Below, piece by piece: positions 1 to 8,682 of a stretch of DNA of 64,000 bases. The notes under the pieces were generated by a model. That model was not told where the DNA came from. It saw only the letters and a program-made list of their open reading frames with translations, and ran no database searches. This stretch comes from Eubacteriales bacterium (GTDB lineage: Bacteria; Bacillota; Clostridia; Oscillospirales; UBA644): positions 10,236 through 74,235 of the forward strand of contig JAZTZU010000005.1 in the NCBI GenBank assembly GCA_045637625.1, in the 5' to 3' direction. How positions within the stretch are numbered: position 1 is the first letter of the stretch; every line of letters starts with the position of its first letter. The translations under genes were made by a program, and so were the position numbers.

Positions 1-672
1 TACGAAAGTGCATTTTTCACCACAGAAAACGGAATCATATCACTTTTGCCCATTCCTTGCGATGCGGTTCCTGCAATCTACACTTTAAATATCAATGCAA
101 ACGGCAGTTCCCAAACCATTGAAATAGAAGTAAAAGAGCAGTCTTTCGACAGAGGAACACTTACGATCAGCACCGCAAGACCTCAGGAAGCCGAAGATGA
201 ACTGGAAGCAATGGTTTCCCCGTTCAGAACCTATATTTCCGAATTCCCATATGCAGGCGGAACATTCACAAAGCCGGTTGAAGGAAAAATAACCACAACT
301 TTCGGACTCCACAGATACACAAACGGAAGCTCAACATATACGATCCATAACGGTCAGGATATTGCCGCAAAAGGTAATCCTGCAATACAGGCATCCCATG
401 CCGGTGTCGTAGTTTATACAGGAAAACTCTATATAACAGGAAACACCATTGTAATAGACCACGGCATGAATATTCTTTCCTACTACTACCATCTGAAAAA
501 TATTGATGTGGAAGTAGGTCAGGTAGTTGCTCAGGGAGAAAAGATCGGTAATATGGGAACAACAGGTTATTCAACGGGAGACCACCTGCATTACACGGTA
601 ATGATAAACGGTGTTTCAACCAACCCTGTAACACTCTATGATTTTGACCCCTCATCCGAGGAAATAAAATAA
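1..672 (+). CDS. M23/LytM-family metallopeptidase, 5' end outside the window
   Basis: Frame is open from base 1, with no in-frame stop before the TTG at 46. The C-terminal half has the M23 zinc-ligand pattern HNGQDI ... DHGMNILSYYYHL ... TGYSTGDHLHY (HxxxD and HxH). Confidence 0.8.
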   Translation, partial: YESAFFTTENGIISLLPIPCDAVPAIYTLNINANGSSQTIEIEVKEQSFDRGTLTISTARPQEAEDELEAMVSPFRTYISEFPYAGGTFTKPVEGKITTTFGLHRYTNGSSTYTIHNGQDIAAKGNPAIQASHAGVVVYTGKLYITGNTIVIDHGMNILSYYYHLKNIDVEVGQVVAQGEKIGNMGTTGYSTGDHLHYTVMINGVSTNPVTLYDFDPSSEEIK

Positions 673-674
673 CC

Positions 675-3308
675 ATGAAAAACAGAAATTCACTTAAAAA
701 AATATTTATAAGCGCCGCATTGATCATTCTCTCTGCGGCGAATGTTTCTTGCGGACAGTATAATCCCACGACGGAGGACCCTGACAACGGAAACAACTCT
801 CAGTCCCAGACCCACGAAAAAATAACCTATAAAGACGGCACATTTTCACTCGTGGAGACCAGCGAACAGGACACGTACAAAGCAGTAAATTATTTTGCAA
901 AGCTTAACGGATTCTACGCGGACGGAAAAACCGACGACAGCGGAAATCTGCAGAAACTCCTTGACGCTGCGGCAAAAACAGGGGGCACGGTATATCTGCC
1001 AAAAGGACTTTACAAACTTGAGTCACCTGTAAATATCCCCGCAAATGTAACCCTTACAGGGGATTTTAGCAGCCCGCGTTCAGCCTCCGGAACACAAAAC
1101 TGCACAGTTTTTATTGTCGGAGAAAATGAAAAAACTCTCAGAACACCCCTTTTTACCCTCAACGGAGGTTCTGCCTTGACAGAAGTAACCGTATACTATG
1201 AGGGACAGACATACGGAGACGTGAAAAACTACCCATATACAATCGAACACGACTCCGGTGAAACAGCCGAAATTTCCAAAGTAACAATTCTGAATACCGC
1301 AAACGGTATAAATCTTTCAAGCCCCGAAGCAAAAGAGATCACAGTCTCAGATATATATATGACAGCCACAAAAAGCGGTATCTCAGCGATGTTCTGCGCC
1401 GAAAAGCTTGAGCTTACAAACATATTCATAGACCCATCAGTATGGTTCAACTGCTCTTTGGACAAAACATCACAAACACAGAACGCAAACCAACTGACCG
1501 ACACGATCAAAGAAAATCTCATCGGAATTTCCATTTCAGCGACCTCAGATGCGTACATTGATAACATCAGGATCAACACATGCAACGTGGGTTTGAAAAC
1601 AGATATTCCGACGATCACGGAAAAAACTCCTTTATTTTCAGACATCACCGTAAATGATGCAAAACGTTCGGCTCTCATTCTGGTAAATGCACCTCAGACA
1701 GGCATAGCCTTTGCGAAATGTTCGTTCAGAACAGATGACAGCTACGGCTCTAAGGATGTTGAAATCGCAAGCGGATACACAGCGCCGACAGTATTCAACT
1801 CCTGTTCATTCAGAGGAAGCCCGTCCTATTCAGTTTACAGCGAAGGCAGCTCAATGCTTTCTTTTGTTGGCTGTGACTTCATTTCATGGAAAGAAACAGC
1901 GATATACTCCACCGACAGGATATTTTCTGCCGCAGGCGGAAGCTTCAACACAAAGGGAGATCTTACGGACATTCCCAACTCTTCCGTAGGTCTTTTGGCA
2001 CTCAACGACACTTACGCAGGATACAGCCCTGAAGAGATCACGGTATTCATTGCAGAAACAAATAACGAATACACGGTAAAAAGAATAACAGATACTTGGT
2101 TTGAAAACCTTACAACGGAATTCAACCTGAACGGTAAAATTTACAATGCTTCCGATTACGGAGTTTCCCAAACAGCGGAAAACAATTCCCGCGCCCTGCA
2201 AATGGCGATATATAACGCCTACGAAAACGGAGGGGGTACGGTATTTGTAGACGAAGGAACTTATGTCTTCAGGAATGATATCCTGCTCCATGAGGGTGTG
2301 AGACTCCAGGGAGTCGGAAACGGCAAGACAGTATTTAAATTCCAAGCATATGAAAGCGGAAATTTCCTTACCCTTAAAGGCAAAAATAAAATAGACGGTA
2401 TTTCATTTGAATACATCGGAACAGAGACTCCCGAAGAAGCACTTGAAAATCCCATAAAAGCCATCTACTCGGAAGCTTCCGACATAAAAATATCGAATGT
2501 GGATTTCAAAAACACACATTACGCAATTTACCTCTCAGACGCGTCCAACATAAAGATCAAAAATCTCACCGGAGCTACTGTCATCGGAGGTATCTACGCT
2601 GAACTTTGCGATTTTATGAACCTCGAAAACATAGAATTCACCAAAGAAGGCCTCAGCGAGGAAGTAATTGCACATCAGCATGAAAAATACGTTGCGGTAA
2701 TGATTCGTGAATGTACAGGAACACTCTGCGAAAATCTTTCATCCGACAACGGTGACTATCTGATATATCTTAACTCGGAAAATGTTGACGTCGTTCCGGA
2801 AGAACCCACAGCGGCAATAAAAGGGCTTTTCGCAAAAAATGTATACTCCGCATTCGCAATAAACAAATACGACTTTGCAGCAGTTGTAAATGTCTCCGCA
2901 GACACGGCGATATACGGCAAAAACGCCTACCATGCCACAACTTTTGCAGGCAACCGCGGAAATCTTTGCGTTTACAATATGATCGGCAAAGGCGATGTTA
3001 CGGGCGGCATATACCTGAGAGGCGGCACAGTATCAGTCCAGTCATGCATCTTTAACACCTGCGGCGCTACAGCGGTTAAAAACGAAGGTTCCACAGCGGA
3101 AGTTATAGGCTGTATAATCCTGGATAAAGGCATGAATTACCATGCAGAATCATCCACAGGCTCAATGGCATTCATTGCAAACATCATCAATTCCGATAAG
3201 GAATTCTCAGGCGCAGACGCTTCTTACATCAGAAGCTATACGGCTCCAGATGCCGCATTTACGGAAGAATACAACCTGATTCCCATTCCCGAAGATACAA
3301 ATTCATAA
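675..3308 (+). CDS. Exported protein with two tandem right-handed beta-helix modules (pectate-lyase-superfamily / GH55-like architecture)
   Basis: N-terminal signal peptide with Cys26 in a lipobox-like context (NVSC). Two copies of the Pectate_lyase_3-type N-cap motif: DDSGNLQKLLDAAAKTGGTVYLPKGLYKL and NNSRALQMAIYNAYENGGGTVFVDEGTYVF. The ATG lies 2 nt after the M23 stop. Family assignment is from motif memory only. Confidence 0.6.
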   Translation: MKNRNSLKKIFISAALIILSAANVSCGQYNPTTEDPDNGNNSQSQTHEKITYKDGTFSLVETSEQDTYKAVNYFAKLNGFYADGKTDDSGNLQKLLDAAAKTGGTVYLPKGLYKLESPVNIPANVTLTGDFSSPRSASGTQNCTVFIVGENEKTLRTPLFTLNGGSALTEVTVYYEGQTYGDVKNYPYTIEHDSGETAEISKVTILNTANGINLSSPEAKEITVSDIYMTATKSGISAMFCAEKLELTNIFIDPSVWFNCSLDKTSQTQNANQLTDTIKENLIGISISATSDAYIDNIRINTCNVGLKTDIPTITEKTPLFSDITVNDAKRSALILVNAPQTGIAFAKCSFRTDDSYGSKDVEIASGYTAPTVFNSCSFRGSPSYSVYSEGSSMLSFVGCDFISWKETAIYSTDRIFSAAGGSFNTKGDLTDIPNSSVGLLALNDTYAGYSPEEITVFIAETNNEYTVKRITDTWFENLTTEFNLNGKIYNASDYGVSQTAENNSRALQMAIYNAYENGGGTVFVDEGTYVFRNDILLHEGVRLQGVGNGKTVFKFQAYESGNFLTLKGKNKIDGISFEYIGTETPEEALENPIKAIYSEASDIKISNVDFKNTHYAIYLSDASNIKIKNLTGATVIGGIYAELCDFMNLENIEFTKEGLSEEVIAHQHEKYVAVMIRECTGTLCENLSSDNGDYLIYLNSENVDVVPEEPTAAIKGLFAKNVYSAFAINKYDFAAVVNVSADTAIYGKNAYHATTFAGNRGNLCVYNMIGKGDVTGGIYLRGGTVSVQSCIFNTCGATAVKNEGSTAEVIGCIILDKGMNYHAESSTGSMAFIANIINSDKEFSGADASYIRSYTAPDAAFTEEYNLIPIPEDTNS

Positions 3309-3311
3309 AAT

Positions 3312-3343
3312 AAAGAAGCGGTCGAAATCGACCGCTTCTTTTA
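3312..3343. terminator. Bidirectional intrinsic terminator
   Basis: Stem AGAAGCGGTCG / CGACCGCTTCT with a 4-nt loop. T-run on the plus strand and T-rich stretch (CTTTATTTTA) on the minus strand. Confidence 0.75.
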
Positions 3344-3646
3344 AAATCAAGTATAAGTATTATAATAACCCAATTCAGGTCCTCCGGATAAAATACTCAG
3401 GTAAGGTTTACCTTGTACTTATATCATACACCCGTTCCACTTATTTGTCAACATTTTAAATAAAAACTTTTTGTAAGAATATAAAATGTCCCTCAAAAGA
3501 GCTTTTACCCCTCTCCACGGTCAATTTTCAGAGGATTTTTTTGTTTATCTTGCACAAAACACGGGTAAGAAAATAGGACAACGATATATATTTTGCATGA
3601 AATTTCATCTAAAATGAAAAAATCCGATTTATTTGTAAATTTACTA

Positions 3647-3675
3647 TTGATTTTTTTCTCAATTTAGTGTATAAT
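3647..3675 (+). promoter_or_regulatory. Sigma-A-type promoter of the EF-G-like gene
   Basis: TTGATT, 17 nt, TATAAT. Leaves a leader of roughly 85 nt. Confidence 0.5.
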
Positions 3676-3766
3676 ATATATATGGCGCAATCACACTAAT
3701 CAAGTAAATTATACGACGTTCGAGCAGACAGATGAAAATGCTCCGAACCGAAAGGAGATAAAAACA

Positions 3767-5791
3767 ATGAAATACCCCGTAGATAAGATCAGAAACATTT
3801 GCCTCATCGGCCATGGTGGCGACGGCAAGACTTCTTTGATGGAAGCGATGCTGTACTTCACAGGCGCTATTGACAGACTGGGCAAAACTTACGACGGAAA
3901 CACCGTCAGCGACTTCGACCCCGAAGAAATCAAGAGAAAAATTTCAATTTCAGCTTCTATTGCCCCCATTGAATGGAGAGATCATATAATCAACGTAATC
4001 GACACTCCGGGATATTTCGACTTTGAAGCAGAAGTACTCCAGGGTATCAACGCTACAGCATCCGCAGTTATCGTCCTCTCCGCTAAAGACGGCGTTAACG
4101 TAGGTACAGAAAAAGCTTTCAAACTCACTAAAAAATACAGAAGACCCGCATTCTTCTTCATGTCCAAAGTTTATGAAGATCACAGCGACTTCTACGGAAC
4201 ATTCGAACAGATCAAAAAGATGTGCGGTAAATCAGCTTGTCTTATCAACCTGCCCCTTGAAGAAGACGGCGTAATGGTAAACGGCTTCGTTAACATTATC
4301 GACCTCAAAGCAAGAAAGAAAGTCGGCGACCAGATCGTAGAAGTTCCCGTTCCCGAAGAAATGCAGGACAAGATCGAACAGTACAGAGACATCCTTAACG
4401 AAACTATCGCTGAAACCAGTGACGTTATGATGGAAAAATACTTCGCAGGCGAACCCTACACAGAAGACGAGTACAAACAGGCTATCAAGAAAGGTCTTAA
4501 AGACGCTACGATCACACCTGTTCTTGGCGGTTCTTCAATGACTATGGAAGGTCTCCCCTCCACATTGAACTTCATCATCGACTACATGCCTCAGCCCGAC
4601 GTTAAACCCGATGAACCCACATCAGCATACATATTCAAAACTGTTGCTGACCCGTTTGTAGGTAAAATGTCCTACTTCAAGATCCTTGCAGGTAAGATCA
4701 CCACAGGCATGACACTTTATAACTCCAGAATCGGTGAACCCGAAAAGATCTCAAGACTTTTCGTTATGAAAGGTAAGAAACAGATCGAAGTTCAGGAACT
4801 CGGTGCAGGTGACATCGGTGTTGTTACAAAACTTGCTTCAGTAAACACAGGCGACTACCTGAGAGCTCCCGGCGCGAAAGCTGCCCTGGATGCAATCGAA
4901 TATCCGAAGCCCTGCTACTCAAGAGCTATCGCTCCAAAGACAAAGGGCGACGAAGACAAGATCTCTCAGGGACTCCAGAAACTTGCAGAAGAAGATAAGA
5001 CTATCGCTTATGTAAACAACGCAGAAACTCACGAACAGATCCTCAGCGGTCTCGGAGATACTCACCTTGATGTTATCGTAAGCAAACTCAAGTCAAAATA
5101 TGGCGTTGAAGTTCAGCTTAAGGAAGCTAAAGTTCCATACCGCGAAGCTATCCGCAAAAAGGTTAAACAGCAGGGTAAACATAAGAAACAGAGTGGTGGC
5201 CACGGTCAGTACGGTGATGTTTGGATAGAATTTGAACCTCATGACGGCGAAGAAATGATCTTCGAAGAAAAGATCTTCGGCGGTTCTGTTCCCAAGAACT
5301 TCTTCCCCGCAGTTGAAAAAGGTCTCCGCGAATGCTGCGAAAAGGGCGTTCTTGCTCACTTCCCCGTTGTAGGTTTGAAAGCAACTCTCGTTGACGGTTC
5401 TTACCACGACGTAGACTCTTCAGAAATGTCCTTCAAAATGGCTGCATCCATTGCGTTCAAAGAAGGTCTCCCCAAAGCTTCTCCCACAATCCTCGAACCT
5501 ATCGGAAATCTTGCGGTAATAGTTCCCGAAAAGATCATGGGTGATGTTATCGGTGATATCAACAAACGCAGAGGTCAGATCCTCGGTATGGAACCCGCAG
5601 AAGAACCCGGTTACCAGAAAGTTTCCGCAACAGTTCCTATGTCTGAAATGGCAAACTATGCAATCGAACTCCGTTCAATGTCCAGAGGCAGAGGCTCCTT
5701 CGATCTCGTATTCGATTCCTATCAGGATGCTCCTATGAACATTGCTCAGAAAGTTATCGAAGCAGCTAAAGCTGACGGCGAAGACGACTGA
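3767..5791 (+). CDS. EF-G-like translational GTPase paralogue (EF-G2-type) with atypical G1 and G4 motifs
   Basis: Five-domain EF-G layout. G1 is GHGGDGKTS, G3 is DTPGYFDF, and the domain IV/V region includes GGHGQYGDVWIEFEP. The position of NKxD (G4) reads SKVY at nt 4163-4174. SD AAAGGAG precedes the ATG. Confidence 0.85.
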   Translation: MKYPVDKIRNICLIGHGGDGKTSLMEAMLYFTGAIDRLGKTYDGNTVSDFDPEEIKRKISISASIAPIEWRDHIINVIDTPGYFDFEAEVLQGINATASAVIVLSAKDGVNVGTEKAFKLTKKYRRPAFFFMSKVYEDHSDFYGTFEQIKKMCGKSACLINLPLEEDGVMVNGFVNIIDLKARKKVGDQIVEVPVPEEMQDKIEQYRDILNETIAETSDVMMEKYFAGEPYTEDEYKQAIKKGLKDATITPVLGGSSMTMEGLPSTLNFIIDYMPQPDVKPDEPTSAYIFKTVADPFVGKMSYFKILAGKITTGMTLYNSRIGEPEKISRLFVMKGKKQIEVQELGAGDIGVVTKLASVNTGDYLRAPGAKAALDAIEYPKPCYSRAIAPKTKGDEDKISQGLQKLAEEDKTIAYVNNAETHEQILSGLGDTHLDVIVSKLKSKYGVEVQLKEAKVPYREAIRKKVKQQGKHKKQSGGHGQYGDVWIEFEPHDGEEMIFEEKIFGGSVPKNFFPAVEKGLRECCEKGVLAHFPVVGLKATLVDGSYHDVDSSEMSFKMAASIAFKEGLPKASPTILEPIGNLAVIVPEKIMGDVIGDINKRRGQILGMEPAEEPGYQKVSATVPMSEMANYAIELRSMSRGRGSFDLVFDSYQDAPMNIAQKVIEAAKADGEDD

Positions 5792-5819
5792 TAAGTAAAT
5801 AAAAAAACATGATATATGT

Positions 5820-5876
5820 GGGGAAAAATTCTTTTCACGTGAAAAGGATTTTTCCCCATACCCCTTTCAAGAAAAG
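5820..5876 (+). repeat. Hairpin-plus-tail repeat, copy A
   Basis: GGGGAAAAATTCTTTTCAC/GTGAAAAGGATTTTTCCCC (19-bp arms, 1 mismatch) followed by the tail ATACCCCTTTCAAGAAAAG. Starts 28 nt after the EF-G-like stop. Confidence 0.7.
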
Positions 5877-5960
5877 AGAAATATTGCCAATAAGCACTAT
5901 TTCGGCACCAACCCCTACCTTACATGTTACAAAAATTTCGTATCATGGATGGGCAAGAAC

Positions 5961-5993
5961 GGGGTAGACAAATTCAATTTGATATGCTATAAT
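5961..5993 (+). promoter_or_regulatory. Promoter with G-run + TAGACAAA -35 and extended -10
   Basis: GGGG-TAGACA, 17 nt, (TGc)TATAAT. Same architecture as the promoters at 7530 and 26733. Confidence 0.6.
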
Positions 5994-6025
5994 AGAAATA
6001 AAACTCAGAAAAGGAGATACAGAAC

Positions 6026-7402
6026 ATGGTAAAACGAATTTTAGCACTGTTAGCTTGTCTTGCGCTTGTTTTCACAGCAGGTTGCGCCGAAGCTCCTCAG
6101 CTCCTTGAATTCATGCCTGAAAGCACGGACGAAAGAAATCTTGACGGAAGCGAGATCAAACTTTTATGGACATCCTACGTCTCCGCTGCAGATTATGCGA
6201 TAGACACACCGCAGTATGACGCATACATGAAACGCCTTGCAAACACCGAAAAAGAGTTCAACTGCAAAATAATAACAGGTGAAGTTTTGGAGGATGTAAA
6301 TCTTTCTCTTGATGTTATGGCCGGAGCATATTGCGTCGATATCGTTCTCGGAGGCCCCATAGATCTCGTCGAAAGCAATATGATGTATCCACTTAACGGA
6401 TTCGACGGACTCCTTGACCCCTATGAGGAAAAATTCGGCGGTCTGAGATATCTCGAAATGGGCATGGTAAAAGGCACTCCATACCTCGTTACCCCAACAA
6501 TGTGGCCGGGTTTTGAACCGAAAGGTTTCGTACTTGCATACAACAGAACAATGTTCAACGAATACGGTCTGACAGATCTCCATGAATACTACGAAAACGA
6601 GAGTTGGACTTACAACACATTTGAAAATGAATTTATTGCTAAAACCTATGTTCAGGACAGAAACGGTGATCCGATTATAACTTTCGGAACAGACGGAACA
6701 GACTATTACCAATGTCTGATGTTCTCAAATGATGTCAGATTCGTAAAAGTCAAAGATGACGGAACCCTTGTGGCAGATCCTAACTCACAGTCATTCAGAA
6801 ACGCACTTGAATGGGGTCAGAACCTTTTCAAGAATTACGGAGAACGTATGGAAGATGACATGGAAACACATCATCAGCCTGAATACCTCAGCCAGAAAAT
6901 GCTTGTAACAACCGCCTATGATGCGCAGGTAACAACAGGAATCATTGCATACAACGAAATGGCAACCTTTGAAACAGGCATTATGCCTTTCCCCTGCGGT
7001 CCTGATGCGGAATACGGAAAATGGCATCAGTATACAGACCCCTACGGCTTCGGAATCCCAATCACGGCAGAATACCCTGAGGCTGCAGCAATGATCATTG
7101 ACTACATCTCCGAACCGTTTGAACAATTCGGCGGAGAAGCAGGACTTTTCGACTTCTACGCAAGCAACATTTTCAGCACAGAGCTTGATGCAAAAATTTT
7201 CATTGAAGCATCCAAATCACCCTACGTAAACTATATCGGAAGAGGTGACCGTGAGATGAACACCGTCAGAGAAGGTATCGGCGACGTTACAGTAACCCCC
7301 AACAGATCACTCAACGAAGCAATCAATAAACACTTGGGAATCTTGACCAGTGCAATCGAAAAATATATGATCCCCAACTACAACGCTGTTTACGGGGAAT
7401 AA
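6026..7402 (+). CDS. Lipoprotein resembling an ABC-type extracellular solute-binding protein (orphan, no permease nearby)
   Basis: Signal peptide plus lipobox (FTAGC). Size and sequence texture fit family-1 sugar-binding proteins. The assignment is weak and not from a search. Confidence 0.5.
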   Translation: MVKRILALLACLALVFTAGCAEAPQLLEFMPESTDERNLDGSEIKLLWTSYVSAADYAIDTPQYDAYMKRLANTEKEFNCKIITGEVLEDVNLSLDVMAGAYCVDIVLGGPIDLVESNMMYPLNGFDGLLDPYEEKFGGLRYLEMGMVKGTPYLVTPTMWPGFEPKGFVLAYNRTMFNEYGLTDLHEYYENESWTYNTFENEFIAKTYVQDRNGDPIITFGTDGTDYYQCLMFSNDVRFVKVKDDGTLVADPNSQSFRNALEWGQNLFKNYGERMEDDMETHHQPEYLSQKMLVTTAYDAQVTTGIIAYNEMATFETGIMPFPCGPDAEYGKWHQYTDPYGFGIPITAEYPEAAAMIIDYISEPFEQFGGEAGLFDFYASNIFSTELDAKIFIEASKSPYVNYIGRGDREMNTVREGIGDVTVTPNRSLNEAINKHLGILTSAIEKYMIPNYNAVYGE

Positions 7403-7423
7403 AAACTAAATATAATTATATTT

Positions 7424-7478
7424 GGGAAAACCTTATTTTCACGAATAGGGTTTTCCTAAACCATTTCCAACAAAACAG
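7424..7478 (+). repeat. Hairpin-plus-tail repeat, copy B
   Basis: GGGAAAACCTTATTTTCACGAATAGGGTTTTCC plus tail TAAACCATTTCCAACAAAACAG. Nearly identical to copy E at 61902. Starts 21 nt after the stop at 7402. Confidence 0.75.
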
Positions 7479-7529
7479 AATTGGGATATCGACAGATAAT
7501 AGGAGTTTTCACAAAAAGTTCACAATAGA

Positions 7530-7561
7530 GGGTAGACAAAGCAAATAAAATATGTTATAAT
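7530..7561 (+). promoter_or_regulatory. Promoter with G-run + TAGACAAA -35 and extended -10
   Basis: GGG-TAGACA, 17 nt, (TGt)TATAAT. Confidence 0.6.
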
Positions 7562-7594
7562 ATAAATAAAAATGACAAATGGAGGTTTACTGTA

Positions 7595-8560
7595 ATGAAA
7601 AAAATCATTTGCACCCTTCTCACCCTTATTCTATTGTCAGTTCCTACCTTTGCAAAAATCGAAACAAGAGGAGAACTGAACTCTGAAAAACTTAAAGAAA
7701 ATTTTTACGACGAAATCGACTATCTTAACCGTTTCATAGGCTGCAGCGGTCCTATTCACAACCCCGAAGATCACGTAACAATCGGAGAATACGATATTTT
7801 CTCACCAAACGCAAAATTCACTTCATACAGCAAAACAAAAGCTGAACTTTTTGATTTTTGCTCTCCGTATCTGGCAATGGTCGCATTAGGGCAATTTCAA
7901 CACATCAACGTAAATGATAAAATATACACTTACGATGAGTTTTTAGCGCCTTTTACCGAAGGCGGAATGCCTTATTACAACAATATTGAAATAATATCTT
8001 CAAACGAAGACTCCACTTCTTTCAACTACAATTACATCGTTGACGGTGAAATTCTACTTTCAGGAATCGGTGAATATGTAAAAATCAACGACGAATGGAA
8101 ACTGAATGCCATTGACGGCATAGTTGGTCAAATCTCGTCAAACCGCACTTATGAAGACATAAAAGCCGAATTTGCACGTTATGCAGGAAGAGTCATCAGA
8201 AGTTATATTGTCAGCGAAAATCAAAAATGCGGCTACGGGAAATATTTAGGTGAACCATCGGATTCCGAATCGGGTAAACTTGTGGTGGGTGATGTGACAG
8301 ATGTTGTAATTACGGAATTCAACGAATCCGACTGCACCGGCTCCGCATACATCTTGATAAACGAATACGACAGAAACCAAAACATAGTCGCAACAAGAAC
8401 CATAACAGCAGAAATAGGTAAAAATCTCACAGAAAAAGTTTCAACCGATGCGCCTGAAAATCCCAACACTTGCGATTATAAGATCGGGTATATTCTTTTA
8501 TTGGTTTTTGCAACGAGTGGTATCGGAATAATTTCAAACAAAAAAGCATATAAATATTAA
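7595..8560 (+). CDS. Secreted protein of unknown function with a C-terminal sorting-signal-like tail
   Basis: N-terminal signal peptide (LLSVPTFAKIE). C-terminus is NPNTC-DYK, a hydrophobic segment IGYILLLVFATSGIGIIS, then a basic tail NKKAYKY. Confidence 0.6.
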   Translation: MKKIICTLLTLILLSVPTFAKIETRGELNSEKLKENFYDEIDYLNRFIGCSGPIHNPEDHVTIGEYDIFSPNAKFTSYSKTKAELFDFCSPYLAMVALGQFQHINVNDKIYTYDEFLAPFTEGGMPYYNNIEIISSNEDSTSFNYNYIVDGEILLSGIGEYVKINDEWKLNAIDGIVGQISSNRTYEDIKAEFARYAGRVIRSYIVSENQKCGYGKYLGEPSDSESGKLVVGDVTDVVITEFNESDCTGSAYILINEYDRNQNIVATRTITAEIGKNLTEKVSTDAPENPNTCDYKIGYILLLVFATSGIGIISNKKAYKY

Positions 8561-8572
8561 CTAACCTATAAT

Positions 8573-8601
8573 GGGGAAACATTTTACAAAAATGTTTCCC
8601 C
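8573..8601. repeat. Hairpin-only member of the repeat family, copy I
   Basis: GGGGAAACATTTTACAAAAATGTTTCCCC, lying between convergent genes. Very similar to the hairpin of copy G. Confidence 0.55.
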
Positions 8602-8641
8602 TCAAATATATCGCTTTAAATGAAAAATGAATCTCATGTAG

Positions 8642-8670
8642 TTGACAAATCCGCTTTTATATGATAAAAT
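8642..8670 (+). promoter_or_regulatory. Consensus-like promoter pointing antisense into the FAD oxidoreductase gene
   Basis: TTGACA, 17 nt, (TGa)TAAAAT on the plus strand. It lies 13 nt before the 3' end of the minus-strand gene 8683-9825. Confidence 0.4.
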
Positions 8671-8682
8671 AAAGATAGAGAT

